DNA of 64,000 nt, from the NCBI GenBank assembly GCA_963767925.1, contig CAVYGB010000001.1, positions 1 through 64,000 of the forward strand. Reading direction: 5' to 3'. Shown piece by piece: positions 28,035 through 36,853 of the stretch. This DNA comes from an uncultured delta proteobacterium. Its GTDB lineage: Bacteria; Myxococcota_A; Polyangia; Fen-1088. The notes under the pieces are model-generated. The model ran no database searches. It saw nothing but the letters and a program-made list of their open reading frames with translations, and was not told where the DNA came from. Every line of letters starts with the position of its first letter. Positions within the stretch are counted from its first letter, which is position 1. Position numbers and translations under genes: made by a program.

Positions 28035-29630
28035 TCAGTCGGTGATGATGGGCGCCTGGTTGGCCCCCATCTTGTAGCTCTCGGACCGCCGGCGCGATCG
28101 GCGCCGCGCCGGCGCGGCCGCTGGCTCGGCCGCCTCGGCCGTCGGATCCAGGGGCGCGGCGGGGTCGGCCAGCGGGTCGGCCGGCGGGGTGAGACCGGAG
28201 GGCGCCGGAGCGGCGGGCGGCGGCGGCGTGACGGCCGGGGCGGTCGCGGCGGTCGCGGCGGGCTCGGCCGGGACCGAGGGCGGGTCGTCCGCGGGCTGCC
28301 TGTCGGGCGGCTCCTCGGCCGGCGCGGCGGCGGCAGGCGAGCTGGCGGGCTGGTCGTCCGCGGCCAGTGGCTCGTCCGGCGCGGTGGCCTGCTGCGGGGC
28401 GGGCTCGTCCGCGGGGGGGCGGGTGTTCGGCAGGGCCTCGATCGACGCCCGGCGGGAGGGAACCGCCATCTCCACCGTCGCCTCGGGGGTCTGGCTGAGG
28501 GCGGCGCGCCGGCGGCGCGCCACCAGGGCGGCGATGCTCGCCCCCAGCACCACCGGCACGATGGACAGGGCCACCAGGCCCAGCCAGCGCCGGCGCGTCG
28601 AGGGGGGCGCGGGCGGCAAGGTGGCGGTCAGCGGGCGGCTCACGATCGCGGGATCAGGCGAGCGGTCGGGATCCATTGCCGGTTCCTCCAGCAGCATGGT
28701 GGCGCGCACGGCGGCCGCCCGGCGCGGGGGGGTGGGCAGCGCCTCGAAGGAGACCTTCCAGACCATGCCGGCGCGCGGGCCGGCGAACGGGAGCAGCGCC
28801 CGGCCGAAGTCGTAGACCGTGGCGAAGCGGTCCTCGGGGCGGGTCGACAGCGCCTGCAGCAGCGTCGCCTCGAAGGACTCGGGCAGGTCGGGCCGGGTGG
28901 CCCGGGGCGGCTGGATGATCCCCTCGGAGATGGCGCGGATGATGGCCACCTGATCGTCGCCGGCGTGCACCCGGTCCCCGGTCAGGCACTCGTAGAGGAT
29001 GAGCCCCAGCGCGTACTGGTCGACCCGCCCGTCGAGGTGGCGCAGGCCCCGCACCTGCTCGGGCGCCATGTAACAGAGCGTGCCCATCATGACCTCGACG
29101 CCGCTGAAGGAGATGGCGTTGAGGTTCCCGTCGAGCAGCTTGGAGACCCCGAAGTCGAGCACCTTGGGGTGGGGACCCACCCCCCGGCTGCTGGCGATGA
29201 AGACGTTGTGGGGCTTGAGGTCGCGGTGGATGACGCCCGCGTCGTGCCCGGCGCCGACCGCGGCGATGACGGGCAACATCAGATCGACCGCCTCGGCCAG
29301 GGGCAGCGGCCCCCGTTCGGCCAGGTAGGCCTTGAGGTCCTTGCCCTCGAGCAGCTCCATCACGAGATAGGGCTGCCCCTCGTGCACCCCGACGTCGGTG
29401 ACGTCGACGACGTGGGGATGGCGGATGCGCGAGGCGGCCTCGCCCTCGCGCAGGAAGCGGCGGAGCGCCTCCTGGTTCTCGGCCAGCTTGGAGTGCAGCG
29501 TCTTGACCGCGACCCGCTTCTTGAGCTCGGGGTGGATCGCCTCGTAGACGACGCCCCCGCCGCCGCTGCCGATCACGCGCACGACTTCGTATTTGCCGAT
29601 GCGCGAGAGGGGGGCCTCCTGAGCGGTCAT
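28035..29630 (-). CDS. Membrane Ser/Thr protein kinase with disordered extracytoplasmic tail ending GANQAPIITD
   Basis: IGSGGGG.V, VAVK, HRDLKPHN, DFG, YMAPEQ; TM WLGLVALSIVPVVLGASIAALVA; ATGA overlap with upstream gene. Confidence 0.94.
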   Translation of the reverse strand: MTAQEAPLSRIGKYEVVRVIGSGGGGVVYEAIHPELKKRVAVKTLHSKLAENQEALRRFLREGEAASRIRHPHVVDVTDVGVHEGQPYLVMELLEGKDLKAYLAERGPLPLAEAVDLMLPVIAAVGAGHDAGVIHRDLKPHNVFIASSRGVGPHPKVLDFGVSKLLDGNLNAISFSGVEVMMGTLCYMAPEQVRGLRHLDGRVDQYALGLILYECLTGDRVHAGDDQVAIIRAISEGIIQPPRATRPDLPESFEATLLQALSTRPEDRFATVYDFGRALLPFAGPRAGMVWKVSFEALPTPPRRAAAVRATMLLEEPAMDPDRSPDPAIVSRPLTATLPPAPPSTRRRWLGLVALSIVPVVLGASIAALVARRRRAALSQTPEATVEMAVPSRRASIEALPNTRPPADEPAPQQATAPDEPLAADDQPASSPAAAAPAEEPPDRQPADDPPSVPAEPAATAATAPAVTPPPPAAPAPSGLTPPADPLADPAAPLDPTAEAAEPAAAPARRRSRRRSESYKMGANQAPIITD

Positions 29631-30553
29631 GGCGACCCCCACTCGGCCAGCAGCGCCCAGGCCAGCGCCCCCGCCGCCAGCAGCCCGGTGCTCACCATGA
29701 GGAGGTTGGTGCGGCGCTGGCGCGAGACGCCGTCGCGGTAGAGCTGCTCGCTGGGGCGGGCCACGTAGCGGTCGCGGGCCGACAGGGTGTCGAGGCCGGA
29801 CCAGGTGCTCAGGGCGATGCCGGCCGCGGCGACGCCAACGGCGCCGTAGAGGATCGCCCGCCGCTGGGTGTCCCCGCCGAACGCCGTGGCGGCCGGGCGG
29901 TCGCTGGTGGCGATCAGCGGCGCGCCCACCGGCTCGGCCACCGCCGGCGCGCTGACCGCCGCCGCGAGCGAGAGCCCGCCCGGCGGAGGGCCGCCCGAGC
30001 TGCGCACGAGCTGGAAGCTCTCGCGCGCGAGCTGCCCCGCCTCGACCATGACCGAACGTTGCACCGGCACGTAGCCGCTGGCCTGCACCTGCAGCACCAC
30101 CGTGCCGGTGGGCAGGCGCAGAGGCGCGCTCATCGGGAGCTGGCCCACCGTCTGGCCGTCGACCAGCACCTGGGCCTCGGCGACGTTGGCCAGCACCTCG
30201 AGGCTGCCCAGGCGCTTGCGCACGGTGGCCAGCGCGTCCTCCAGGGTCTTGCGCTTGCCGGAGATCCAGGAGTCGTCGGCCAGCAGCGCGCCCGCGAGCT
30301 GGGTCTCGGCGATCGCCCAGCGCCCGAGGGCCTGCGCGGCCAGGCCCATCTGGGCCTGCGACCGGGGGGTGCGGTAGCGCTCCCAGGCTATCGAGAACAG
30401 GTCGAAGGCGGCGGCGTCTTGCCCCTGCACCCGCAGCGCCACCCCCTGGGAGATGAGCGAGGGCTCGTCGACCGGCTTGACCGGAGGGTCCTGCAGGGCA
30501 AAGGCGGGCGCCGCCAGCAGCAGCGCGGACAAGGTGGTGGCGAGCCGGATCAT
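29627..30553 (-). CDS. Exported TPR-like + PEGA domain protein with C-terminal hydrophobic helices
   Basis: Signal peptide; GVALR..G.D..A...F..A, AQMGLA.QALGRW..AE..L..AL; PEGA (A.VLVDG..VG..P...PLRLP.G...L.V.A.GY); ATGA overlap. Confidence 0.88.
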   Translation of the reverse strand: MIRLATTLSALLLAAPAFALQDPPVKPVDEPSLISQGVALRVQGQDAAAFDLFSIAWERYRTPRSQAQMGLAAQALGRWAIAETQLAGALLADDSWISGKRKTLEDALATVRKRLGSLEVLANVAEAQVLVDGQTVGQLPMSAPLRLPTGTVVLQVQASGYVPVQRSVMVEAGQLARESFQLVRSSGGPPPGGLSLAAAVSAPAVAEPVGAPLIATSDRPAATAFGGDTQRRAILYGAVGVAAAGIALSTWSGLDTLSARDRYVARPSEQLYRDGVSRQRRTNLLMVSTGLLAAGALAWALLAEWGSP

Positions 30554-31560
30554 CGGCGCTCCACCCGGAGCTGGTAGTCGAACGGGTCGGCGGCCAGGCT
30601 GGTGGCCTTGACGTAGTAGGTGCCGGCGACGAGGCCGCGGGCGAAGGCGTGCCGCTGGTCGAGGGCCGGGCAGGTCTCCCCCTCCGAGGCCACCGAGCCG
30701 AGCTCGGTCACCCCGTCCTGAGCGATGAAGGTGAGCCGGGTGGGCGCGCTGCCGCAGCCGCCCGATCGGCTGAGGAGCTGGGCCCGCACCTCGCCCCCCT
30801 GGGTGACCTCCACCCCGAACACGTCGACGTCGCCGCAGTGGTCGCCGATGCGGCCGTTGACCGCGGTGACGAGGGCGCCGGTCAGCACGTTGGCCTCCGA
30901 GGGGGTCTCGTTCGACTCCTTCTCGGTGACCGAGGCGCCGGCCAGCTCGACCCGGCAGAGCGAGTCGCAGCGGTCGCCCGAGACCGTGTTGCCGTCGTCG
31001 CAGGCCTCGGAGTGCTCGAGCTGCCCGCCGTTGCCGCAGACCGGTTTGGTGACGATGACCGAGTAGCGCCCGCCGCCCGGCAGGCGGCTGTCGATGCCGA
31101 TCAGGTAGGCGCCGCCGCTCGACAGGAACGAGAGGTGCTCGGCCTTGTCCACGCCGCAGGCGTCGTTGGCCGCCCGGGTCTCGCAGCTCCGCACGTCGCA
31201 GCTCGGGAGCAGGTAGATGGCCGGGTCGAGGCCCACCTCCAGCGGCTCGACGTGGACGTGCCACTTCTCGGCCGGGGCAGTCTCGATCCGCACGAAGCCC
31301 TCGTTGCCCGGCAGCTCGCGCCTCGCGCACCCGGTGAAGTCGTGGTAGTCGCCCGCCATCGCCGCGGTGTCGATGTAAAACCGGGTCGCGCTCGAGGCGA
31401 CGACCGGGACGTCCCGCTCGCAGCGGTCGGAGATCGGGACGGTGATCTGGCTCTGGTAAAGGCTCGCGTCGAAGACGTTGCAGGCGGCGGTGGCCTGCGT
31501 GATGGCGAGCGCGGCCCCGACCCCCGCCAGGGTTCTCGAGAAGGTCCTGCTCGTGCGCAT
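30550..31560 (-). CDS. Lipoprotein with two PPC-like beta domains and a Myxococcus cysteine-rich repeat
   Basis: AAGGAG RBS; lipobox TAAC; CGNG..EHSEACDDGNTVSGDRCDSLC; EKESNET..AN, GDVDVF, AGTYYVK. Confidence 0.85.
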   Translation of the reverse strand: MRTSRTFSRTLAGVGAALAITQATAACNVFDASLYQSQITVPISDRCERDVPVVASSATRFYIDTAAMAGDYHDFTGCARRELPGNEGFVRIETAPAEKWHVHVEPLEVGLDPAIYLLPSCDVRSCETRAANDACGVDKAEHLSFLSSGGAYLIGIDSRLPGGGRYSVIVTKPVCGNGGQLEHSEACDDGNTVSGDRCDSLCRVELAGASVTEKESNETPSEANVLTGALVTAVNGRIGDHCGDVDVFGVEVTQGGEVRAQLLSRSGGCGSAPTRLTFIAQDGVTELGSVASEGETCPALDQRHAFARGLVAGTYYVKATSLAADPFDYQLRVERR

Positions 31561-31849
31561 CTTGCTCTCCTTGGCCCGGAAGAATAGAGCCAACCGAGCA
31601 ACCGCGGCCGGGTTTTAATGGGTGGTGGGGACGCCAGCGCCGGAGCGGGTGCTTTCCTGGCGAGAAATACGGAAACCCCGCGCGATCATTCCGTTTGCTG
31701 ACGCGTATGTCCGTGCCGGCTGTCACAGGGCGGCGGCGGACGCGGCGCCGCGATGGGCATACCCGACGCGATCGGACGGGCGGGCGGGGGGCTCAGCCCG
31801 GCCGGCGGGACCCATAGTGGCCGGACGGGTTGGTACCCGGGAGGACCGC

Positions 31850-32125
31850 ATGGAGAACAAGAAGCCTGATTTCTCGAACGTCGTGGGAGGAAGCTCCTCG
31901 ACGGCCGACCGCCCGGCCAGCGCGCCGGCGGCCGCCCCCCGCACCTACGAGGTGCAAAAGGGCGACAGCCTGTCGAAGATCGCGGACCGCTTTTACGGCA
32001 CCACGACGGCCTGGCGGCGGATCTACGAGGCCAACAAGGACCGGATCAAAGATCCCGACGTGATCCAGCCCGGCTGGAAGCTGTCGATCCCCGAAGACGA
32101 CGCCGGCAAGGGAGGTGTCTCGTGA
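31850..32125 (+). CDS. Small LysM domain protein
   Basis: GGAGGA RBS; YEVQKGDSLSKIA.RFYG....WRRIYEANKD.IKDPDVIQPG.KL.IP. Confidence 0.93.
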   Translation: MENKKPDFSNVVGGSSSTADRPASAPAAAPRTYEVQKGDSLSKIADRFYGTTTAWRRIYEANKDRIKDPDVIQPGWKLSIPEDDAGKGGVS

Positions 32126-32589
32126 GGCTGGCCCAGGTGCGGGGCGCGATCTGGCTGGCGGCGCTCGGCGCGCTGACCGGCCTGGCGGCGTGCAAGAAGG
32201 AGCAGCCGACAACCACGCAGCCACCGATCCAGGCGCCGCCGGCACCCGGCGTGCCGGGGGCGGCGGTGCGGGTGACGGAGGTGCAGGTGGGCCGGGCCCT
32301 CGGCCCCGACAAGCGGGTCGAGACGCCGGTCGAGTCGTTCTCCGCCAAGGACGTCATCTTCGCCTCGGTCGTCACCGAGGGAACGGCCCCGGCCGCCGAG
32401 CTGACCGCCCGCTGGACCTTCCAGGACGGCCAGGTGGTCAACGAGACCAAGCGCGCGATCGCCCCCGCCGCCAAGGAGATCACCGAGTTCAGCATCCAGA
32501 AAGCCGACGGCTGGCCCGCCGGCCAGTACACCGTCGCCATCTCCCTCGACGGCAAGCCCGTCGAAAGCAAGAGCTTCCGCGTCCAGTAG
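32122..32589 (+). CDS. Ig-like lipoprotein of unknown function
   Basis: GGAGG RBS, GTGA overlap; lipobox LAAC; TEFSIQKADGWPAGQY.V.I.LDG. Confidence 0.85.
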   Translation: MRLAQVRGAIWLAALGALTGLAACKKEQPTTTQPPIQAPPAPGVPGAAVRVTEVQVGRALGPDKRVETPVESFSAKDVIFASVVTEGTAPAAELTARWTFQDGQVVNETKRAIAPAAKEITEFSIQKADGWPAGQYTVAISLDGKPVESKSFRVQ

Positions 32590-32673
32590 CCGCGCCCCGC
32601 GCTCGAGCAGGGCCGGGGAACCCGCAGCCAATTTACCCGTCCCCGCGCTCGAGCAGGGCCGGGGAACCCGCTA
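32587..32673 (+). repeat. REP-like family B variant, 31-bp direct duplication just after a TAG stop
   Basis: CCCCGCGCTCGAGCAGGGCCGGGGAACCCGC at 32595 and 32641. Confidence 0.75.
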
Positions 32674-32677
32674 CCTG

Positions 32678-32759
32678 TTTGCCCTCTCCCCGCGGCCGTC
32701 TGCGGCCGTGGGGAGAGGGAAGGGTGAGGGGAGGTTGCCCCGCCGGAGGCCCCTCACCC
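32678..32759 (+). repeat. REP-like palindrome family A, extended copy with second hairpin
   Basis: Near identical to the 19186 copy, plus GGGTGAGGGG..CCCCTCACCC. Confidence 0.85.
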
Positions 32760-32774
32760 GGCGTGAAGACACAG

Positions 32775-32921
32775 TTGGTCACGAGGGCTTCGCAGCACTC
32801 TGCCTGCTCGCCCTGGGCTGTCGCGCCTCGCATCCGATTCCTGTTCGTCGACTCGCGGTTTCGCCAGCCGTGTTCCAGAGGACTTTCACCTCCTAGTCAC
32901 GACCCACGGCCGCCGCCTCAC
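32775..32921 (-). mobile_element. Relic of a group II (IIC-like) intron 5' end/domain I
   Basis: Minus strand GGCCGTGGGTCGTGACTAGGAGGTGAAAGTCCTCTG..GACGAACAGGAATCGGAT..GAGGC..GGGCGAG..GGCA..CGAAGCCCTCGTGACCAA resembles recalled IIC domain I motifs; no RT ORF. Confidence 0.6.
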
Positions 32922-33010
32922 CGGCGATCGCCTGCAGATCCACGTCGACGATCCCGGCGCGCTGCTGGCGAACCTGCGCCGGCGGCTGGGGCGGCGCTGA
33001 ATCCGGGCGG

Positions 33011-34084
33011 TCAGGGCTTGGCGGCGAGGGAGAGGGGGATTTCCTTCTTTGGCTCGAGGGGGTCGTTGCTCTCGAGGACCAGCTTGCCGGTGGTGAGGGC
33101 GGCGGGGGGGCTGGTCAGCTTGCTGGTGAGCTTGATGGAGCGGGCGGGCCCCTTCGACTCGATCACGGTGGCCACGAAGGGGCCGTCGAGGACGCGGGCG
33201 GCGGTGAGGCGGAAGTCGGGGCGGCGGCTGGTGACCTGGATGACCTTCTCCCGGCTGGCTGGCTGGGTCAGGTCGAGGTGGACCTGCCGGGGGACCTCGA
33301 GGTTGCCCCGCAGCGACCAGAGGACGACGTGCTCGACCTCGGGGAGCTGGGGCACGCCGGTCGCCACGTAGATCTTGGTGCCGCCCTGGCCGATGCTGCC
33401 GCCGGCGACCGAGACGCGCAGGCCCTTTTGCTTGCCGGCGTCGGTGGTCCGCTCGATCACCTCCACCCGGGTGGGGCTGTCCTTGGGGTCCATGCGGGCG
33501 ACGCGCAGGCGGGCCCTGGGGGCGAGCTTGCCGGACAGCCAGATCTCGGCGGTGGCGGGCTCGGGGCCGCCGGTGCCGACCTGGCTGTAGGCCGGCTGCA
33601 GGCCCAGCATCTGCTCCACCTCGGCCCGGATCAGCAGGCTCAAGGTGGGGGTCTTCGGGTCGTTGGAGACGACGGTGACGGTCTTGTCGTTTTTCCCCGG
33701 GCGGTTGCGAGTGTCGAACTTGACCTCGATCTCGCCGGTGCGGCCGGGGGCGATCACCTTCTCCTTGAGGGCGGCGGCCGTGCAGCCGCAGGCGGCCGAG
33801 ACGCTCTTGATCTCGAGGGGGGAGCCGCCGCTGTTCTTCACCTTGAAGACGTGGCGGATGACGCCCCCCTCGGGCACCTTGCCGAAGTCGAAGGTCGGTT
33901 CGGCCACCGTGATGGCGGGAGGCGCGTCGGCGGCTTGCGCCCCCGGCAGGCCGACGCCGTCGCGGCCGGGAAAGCCCGGGGCCACCGCGACGAGCGGGAC
34001 GAGGGCAACGAGCGCAAGAGCGACGGGCAGGACGCGCGGACCGGCGACAGGGCGCGCAGAGCGGGAGCGAGGCGGCAGGCGCAT
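33011..34084 (-). CDS. Exported DUF1573 (Ig-like) domain protein
   Basis: GGAGGAG RBS; FDFGKV..G....HVF.VKN.G..PL.I..V..ACGCT; IAPG..GEI.V.FD; SNDP repeated. Confidence 0.9.
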   Translation of the reverse strand: MRLPPRSRSARPVAGPRVLPVALALVALVPLVAVAPGFPGRDGVGLPGAQAADAPPAITVAEPTFDFGKVPEGGVIRHVFKVKNSGGSPLEIKSVSAACGCTAAALKEKVIAPGRTGEIEVKFDTRNRPGKNDKTVTVVSNDPKTPTLSLLIRAEVEQMLGLQPAYSQVGTGGPEPATAEIWLSGKLAPRARLRVARMDPKDSPTRVEVIERTTDAGKQKGLRVSVAGGSIGQGGTKIYVATGVPQLPEVEHVVLWSLRGNLEVPRQVHLDLTQPASREKVIQVTSRRPDFRLTAARVLDGPFVATVIESKGPARSIKLTSKLTSPPAALTTGKLVLESNDPLEPKKEIPLSLAAKP

Positions 34085-34160
34085 GGGCGAAGTCTCCTCC
34101 AAGGCCCCGTCCGGGGCAACGGTGGCCCGGCCCGGCCGGCGCCACCGCGGCGCCAGGAGC

Positions 34161-34365
34161 AGCCGGGTTCCGTCGCTTCGCTCGGGCCCGGCTGGTCCAG
34201 GAGACTGACGCAGAGATAGCCGGGTTCCCTCGCTTCGCTCGGGCCCGGCTGGTCCAGGAGACTGATGCAGAGATAGCCGGGTTCCGTCGCTTCGCTCGGG
34301 CCCGGCTGGTCCAGGAGACTGACGCAGAGATAGCCGGGTTCCCTCGCTTCGCTCGGGCCCGGCTA
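34161..34365. repeat. 57-bp tandem array (3.6 units) of REP-like family B palindrome
   Basis: AGCCGGGTTCC(G/C)TCGCTTCGCTCGGGCCCGGCT + 24-bp near-invariant linker; starts 34161/34218/34275/34332. Confidence 0.95.
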
Positions 34366-34968
34366 ACGGCGGGTGGGCTTGAAGAAGTGGTGGTAGTCCT
34401 TCATGTGGGGCCAGTCGCCGCCCCAGTCCCAGCCCCGGGCCTGGAACAGGTCGACCACCGGGCCCGGGCGCACGATCATGCCGGGGCGGGCCTGGCTCCG
34501 GTCGGCGTAGGCCGCCCCGCCGGGGGGGAACACGCCGCCGCCGACGATCATCGGGTTGAGCAGCGGGTTGATGTCGATCGCCACCCCGAACGCGTGGTGC
34601 GACAGCACGTCGGTGCCGGCCACGTTGCGGAAGTTGAAGGAGGAGGTGTTGTTGGCCGCCATCGATGCGTTGTCGTCGCCGCCGAAGGCCTCGATCGGCT
34701 CCATGCGGGCGATGGGGAAGCCGGCGTCGAACAGCCCCTGGAACAGTGTCAGGATCTCGTCGGCCAGCTCGGCCGCCACCACCATCTGCCCGGTGCGAGG
34801 CGTCCCCGCGAAGTCCCAGTGGCTCAGGGTGAGCAGGCCCAGCGCCTCGAAGGGCGGGCAGCGGGGGTCGTCCTGCCAGGAGACCCCCTCCATCCGCTCC
34901 CGCAGCTCGGCCGGGATCTCGTCGGCCGTCCCGGTGAACGTCACGGCGTTCGCGCTGGCAGTGGCCAT
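34363..34968 (-). CDS. M15 family metallopeptidase (D-Ala-D-Ala carboxypeptidase-like)
   Basis: DDNASMAANNTSSFNFR, LSHHAFGVAIDINP..NP, WGGDW...KDYHHF. Confidence 0.92.
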   Translation of the reverse strand: MATASANAVTFTGTADEIPAELRERMEGVSWQDDPRCPPFEALGLLTLSHWDFAGTPRTGQMVVAAELADEILTLFQGLFDAGFPIARMEPIEAFGGDDNASMAANNTSSFNFRNVAGTDVLSHHAFGVAIDINPLLNPMIVGGGVFPPGGAAYADRSQARPGMIVRPGPVVDLFQARGWDWGGDWPHMKDYHHFFKPTRR

Positions 34969-35141
34969 CGTCTCATCTTACCGGACGCCGGCGTCCCGGC
35001 GGGTGTCGGTGATCCGGCACCATCGTGACACGGCGGTCGCGGGTCGGGCCCCCTGCGCCGGACCGTCCGGGGGCCCGAACGACCGTCCGGTCACGTAACC
35101 GGACAGCGAGTCCCGGGCTCGCCGGGACAGATCGTTACCCC

Positions 35142-35173
35142 GAGGTGACGTTTCCTCAGGGTCACGTCACCTC
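35142..35173. promoter_or_regulatory. Perfect 10-bp inverted repeat, candidate upstream activator site
   Basis: GAGGTGACGT-N12-ACGTCACCTC about 90-120 bp upstream of the CBS gene start. Confidence 0.45.
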
Positions 35174-35234
35174 CGTGCACACCACGCCTGAGGCACGGCC
35201 CCGCTACGCTCGAAAATTCGGTCTTCAAACTGGC

Positions 35235-35250
35235 TGGCGCGGGGTTTGCT
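35235..35250 (+). promoter_or_regulatory. Sigma54 -24/-12 promoter
   Basis: TGGCGCG-gggt-TTGCT, GG-N10-GC spacing; ATG at 35263. Confidence 0.75.
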
Positions 35251-35262
35251 TGACGCAAGGGT

Positions 35263-35640
35263 ATGAGCCACGAGCCAACCATCTCGACCCTGGTCTCGAC
35301 CAAGGTGGTGAAGCTTCCTTCCTGGTTCACCGCCGGGGCCGCCCTCCGGGTCGCCAAGCTAAAAGGTGTATCCAATTTGCTGGTGGAAGATCGCCGGCAG
35401 ATCGTCGGCTCGGTCTCCCGCCGCGCCCTCGAGGAGGCCAGCTCCGATGCGCCGCTGGGGGCGTGCATGGACGCGACGAACGCGTCCATCTCGCTGGGCG
35501 CGCCGGTGCACGAGGCCTGGGCGCGCATGCTGGTCCAGGGCGTCGAGTGCTTGCCGGTCCTGCAGGGCGCGCTGCTGGTCGGCGTCGTCACCATGGACGC
35601 GGTCCGCGAAGCGAACCTCGGCCTGCAAGACGTAGCCTAG
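35263..35640 (+). CDS. Tandem CBS domain protein
   Basis: A..VAKLKGVSNLLVED...IVGSVSRRAL; M.....I.....V.EA...M...GVECLPVL....LVGVVT. Confidence 0.82.
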   Translation: MSHEPTISTLVSTKVVKLPSWFTAGAALRVAKLKGVSNLLVEDRRQIVGSVSRRALEEASSDAPLGACMDATNASISLGAPVHEAWARMLVQGVECLPVLQGALLVGVVTMDAVREANLGLQDVA

Positions 35641-35698
35641 CCAAGCTAGTCTAGACTGCTCTCCCAGGGGCTGTTCAGTCAGGCAGACCCGCTGCCTG

Positions 35699-35748
35699 TT
35701 TGCCCTCGCCCCGCGGTCTGCCGCGGGGAGAGGGAAAGGGTGAGGGGC
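35699..35748 (+). repeat. REP-like palindrome family A copy
   Basis: TTTGCCCTCGCCCCGCGG..CCGCGGGGAGAGGGAAAGGGTGAGGGG. Confidence 0.85.
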
Positions 35749-35802
35749 GGGCGTTTCGCCCGCGCCGGATCGCATCTCGCGGTCTTCCGCTATTGTCGGC
35801 GG

Positions 35803-36717
35803 ATGGCGCGCTTCCCGGTGATCGGCGGCGCTGACCGGCGCCCCGCGGTCGAATACGTCGAGGGGGCGGTGTTCCGGGGCTACCGGCCGGTGGCGGCGCT
35901 GGGCGAGTCGGTCGAGCTGATCTGGACGGTGGCGGGGTTGCCGGCGGTGCCGGCCGACCGGGTGCTGCCCAACGGGGTCGTCGAGATCATCTTCAACCTC
36001 GGCGAGCCGCAGCGGGTGATCCACGGGCCCGGCCGCTACACCCGCTTCCGGGGGGCGTTCGTCGCGGGCCTGCAGCGCGGCCCGCTCGACATCGCCACCG
36101 AACATGGCAGCTACCTGGTGGGGATCCGCTTCCGCCCGGGCGGCGCCGCGGCCGTGCTGGGGCTGCCGCTGTCGGAGCTGACCGATCAGGTGGTCGAGCT
36201 TTCGGGGGGCCTCGCGCCCGGGCTGAGCGAGCTGCGCGAGCAGCTCGGCCTGGCCGGCGGTGACGGGGAGCGGGTGGCGCTGGTGGAGGCTGCCCTGGCC
36301 GCCCGGCTGGCCCGGGGCCCCGGCGGGCTCGGGCGGGCGGCCGCGGTCAACCGCTGGGTTGCGCGGGCGACCCGGCGCCTGGCGGGCGGGGCGCTCTCGG
36401 TGCGCGAGCTGGCCGCCGACCTGGGCGTCTCGCACAAGCACCTGATCGATCTCTTTCAGCGCGAGGTGGGGGTGGGGCCCAAGATGCTCGGCCGCATCTT
36501 TCGCCTGCAGCGGGTGCTGGCGGCGCTGGAGCGGGGGCGGGGCGATCGCCTCACCGACCTGGCCTACCGCTGCGGGTACGCCGACCAGGCCCACCTGTCG
36601 AGCGAGTTCCGGGCGCTGACCGGCATCGCCCCCAGCGCCTACGGCCGCGCGCGCACGGTGGATCCCAACCACCTGGCCTCGGATGCGGTGCGCGCCAGCG
36701 CCAGCGCCGCCGGTTAA
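35803..36717 (+). CDS. AraC family regulator with DUF6597-type N-terminal domain
   Basis: DRVLPNG.VEIIFNL, VGIRFRPGG, V.ELA..LGVS.KHL...F.REVGVGPK...RI.R, GYADQAHL..EFR.LTG..P. Confidence 0.92.
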   Translation: MARFPVIGGADRRPAVEYVEGAVFRGYRPVAALGESVELIWTVAGLPAVPADRVLPNGVVEIIFNLGEPQRVIHGPGRYTRFRGAFVAGLQRGPLDIATEHGSYLVGIRFRPGGAAAVLGLPLSELTDQVVELSGGLAPGLSELREQLGLAGGDGERVALVEAALAARLARGPGGLGRAAAVNRWVARATRRLAGGALSVRELAADLGVSHKHLIDLFQREVGVGPKMLGRIFRLQRVLAALERGRGDRLTDLAYRCGYADQAHLSSEFRALTGIAPSAYGRARTVDPNHLASDAVRASASAAG

Positions 36718-36818
36718 TTTTCTGCAAGCGGCGGCGGCCGCCCCGGATGCGGTGCGCGCCAGCGCCAGCCAGCGCCCGCGCCGCCGGTTAATTTTCTGCA
36801 AGCGGCGGCGGCCGCCCC
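36680..36818. repeat. Tandem duplication (65 and 75 bp) of the AraC gene 3' end
   Basis: CGGATGCGGTGCGCGCCAGCGCCAGC..GCCGCCGGTTAATTTTCTGCAAGCGGCGGCGGCCGCCCC twice. Confidence 0.9.
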
Positions 36819-36853
36819 CCGGCTACAGGTCAGTCCAGGGAGGCACGTACCCG

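Noticed and set aside
32763..32896. Lipoprotein signal fragment (FAALCLLALGC) on plus strand
   Set aside because: No start or continuation; better explained as antisense of the intron-like relic
34161..34365. CRISPR array (33-bp palindromic repeat plus 24-bp spacer)
   Set aside because: Spacers are identical apart from one base; no cas genes; a related palindrome occurs solo elsewhere
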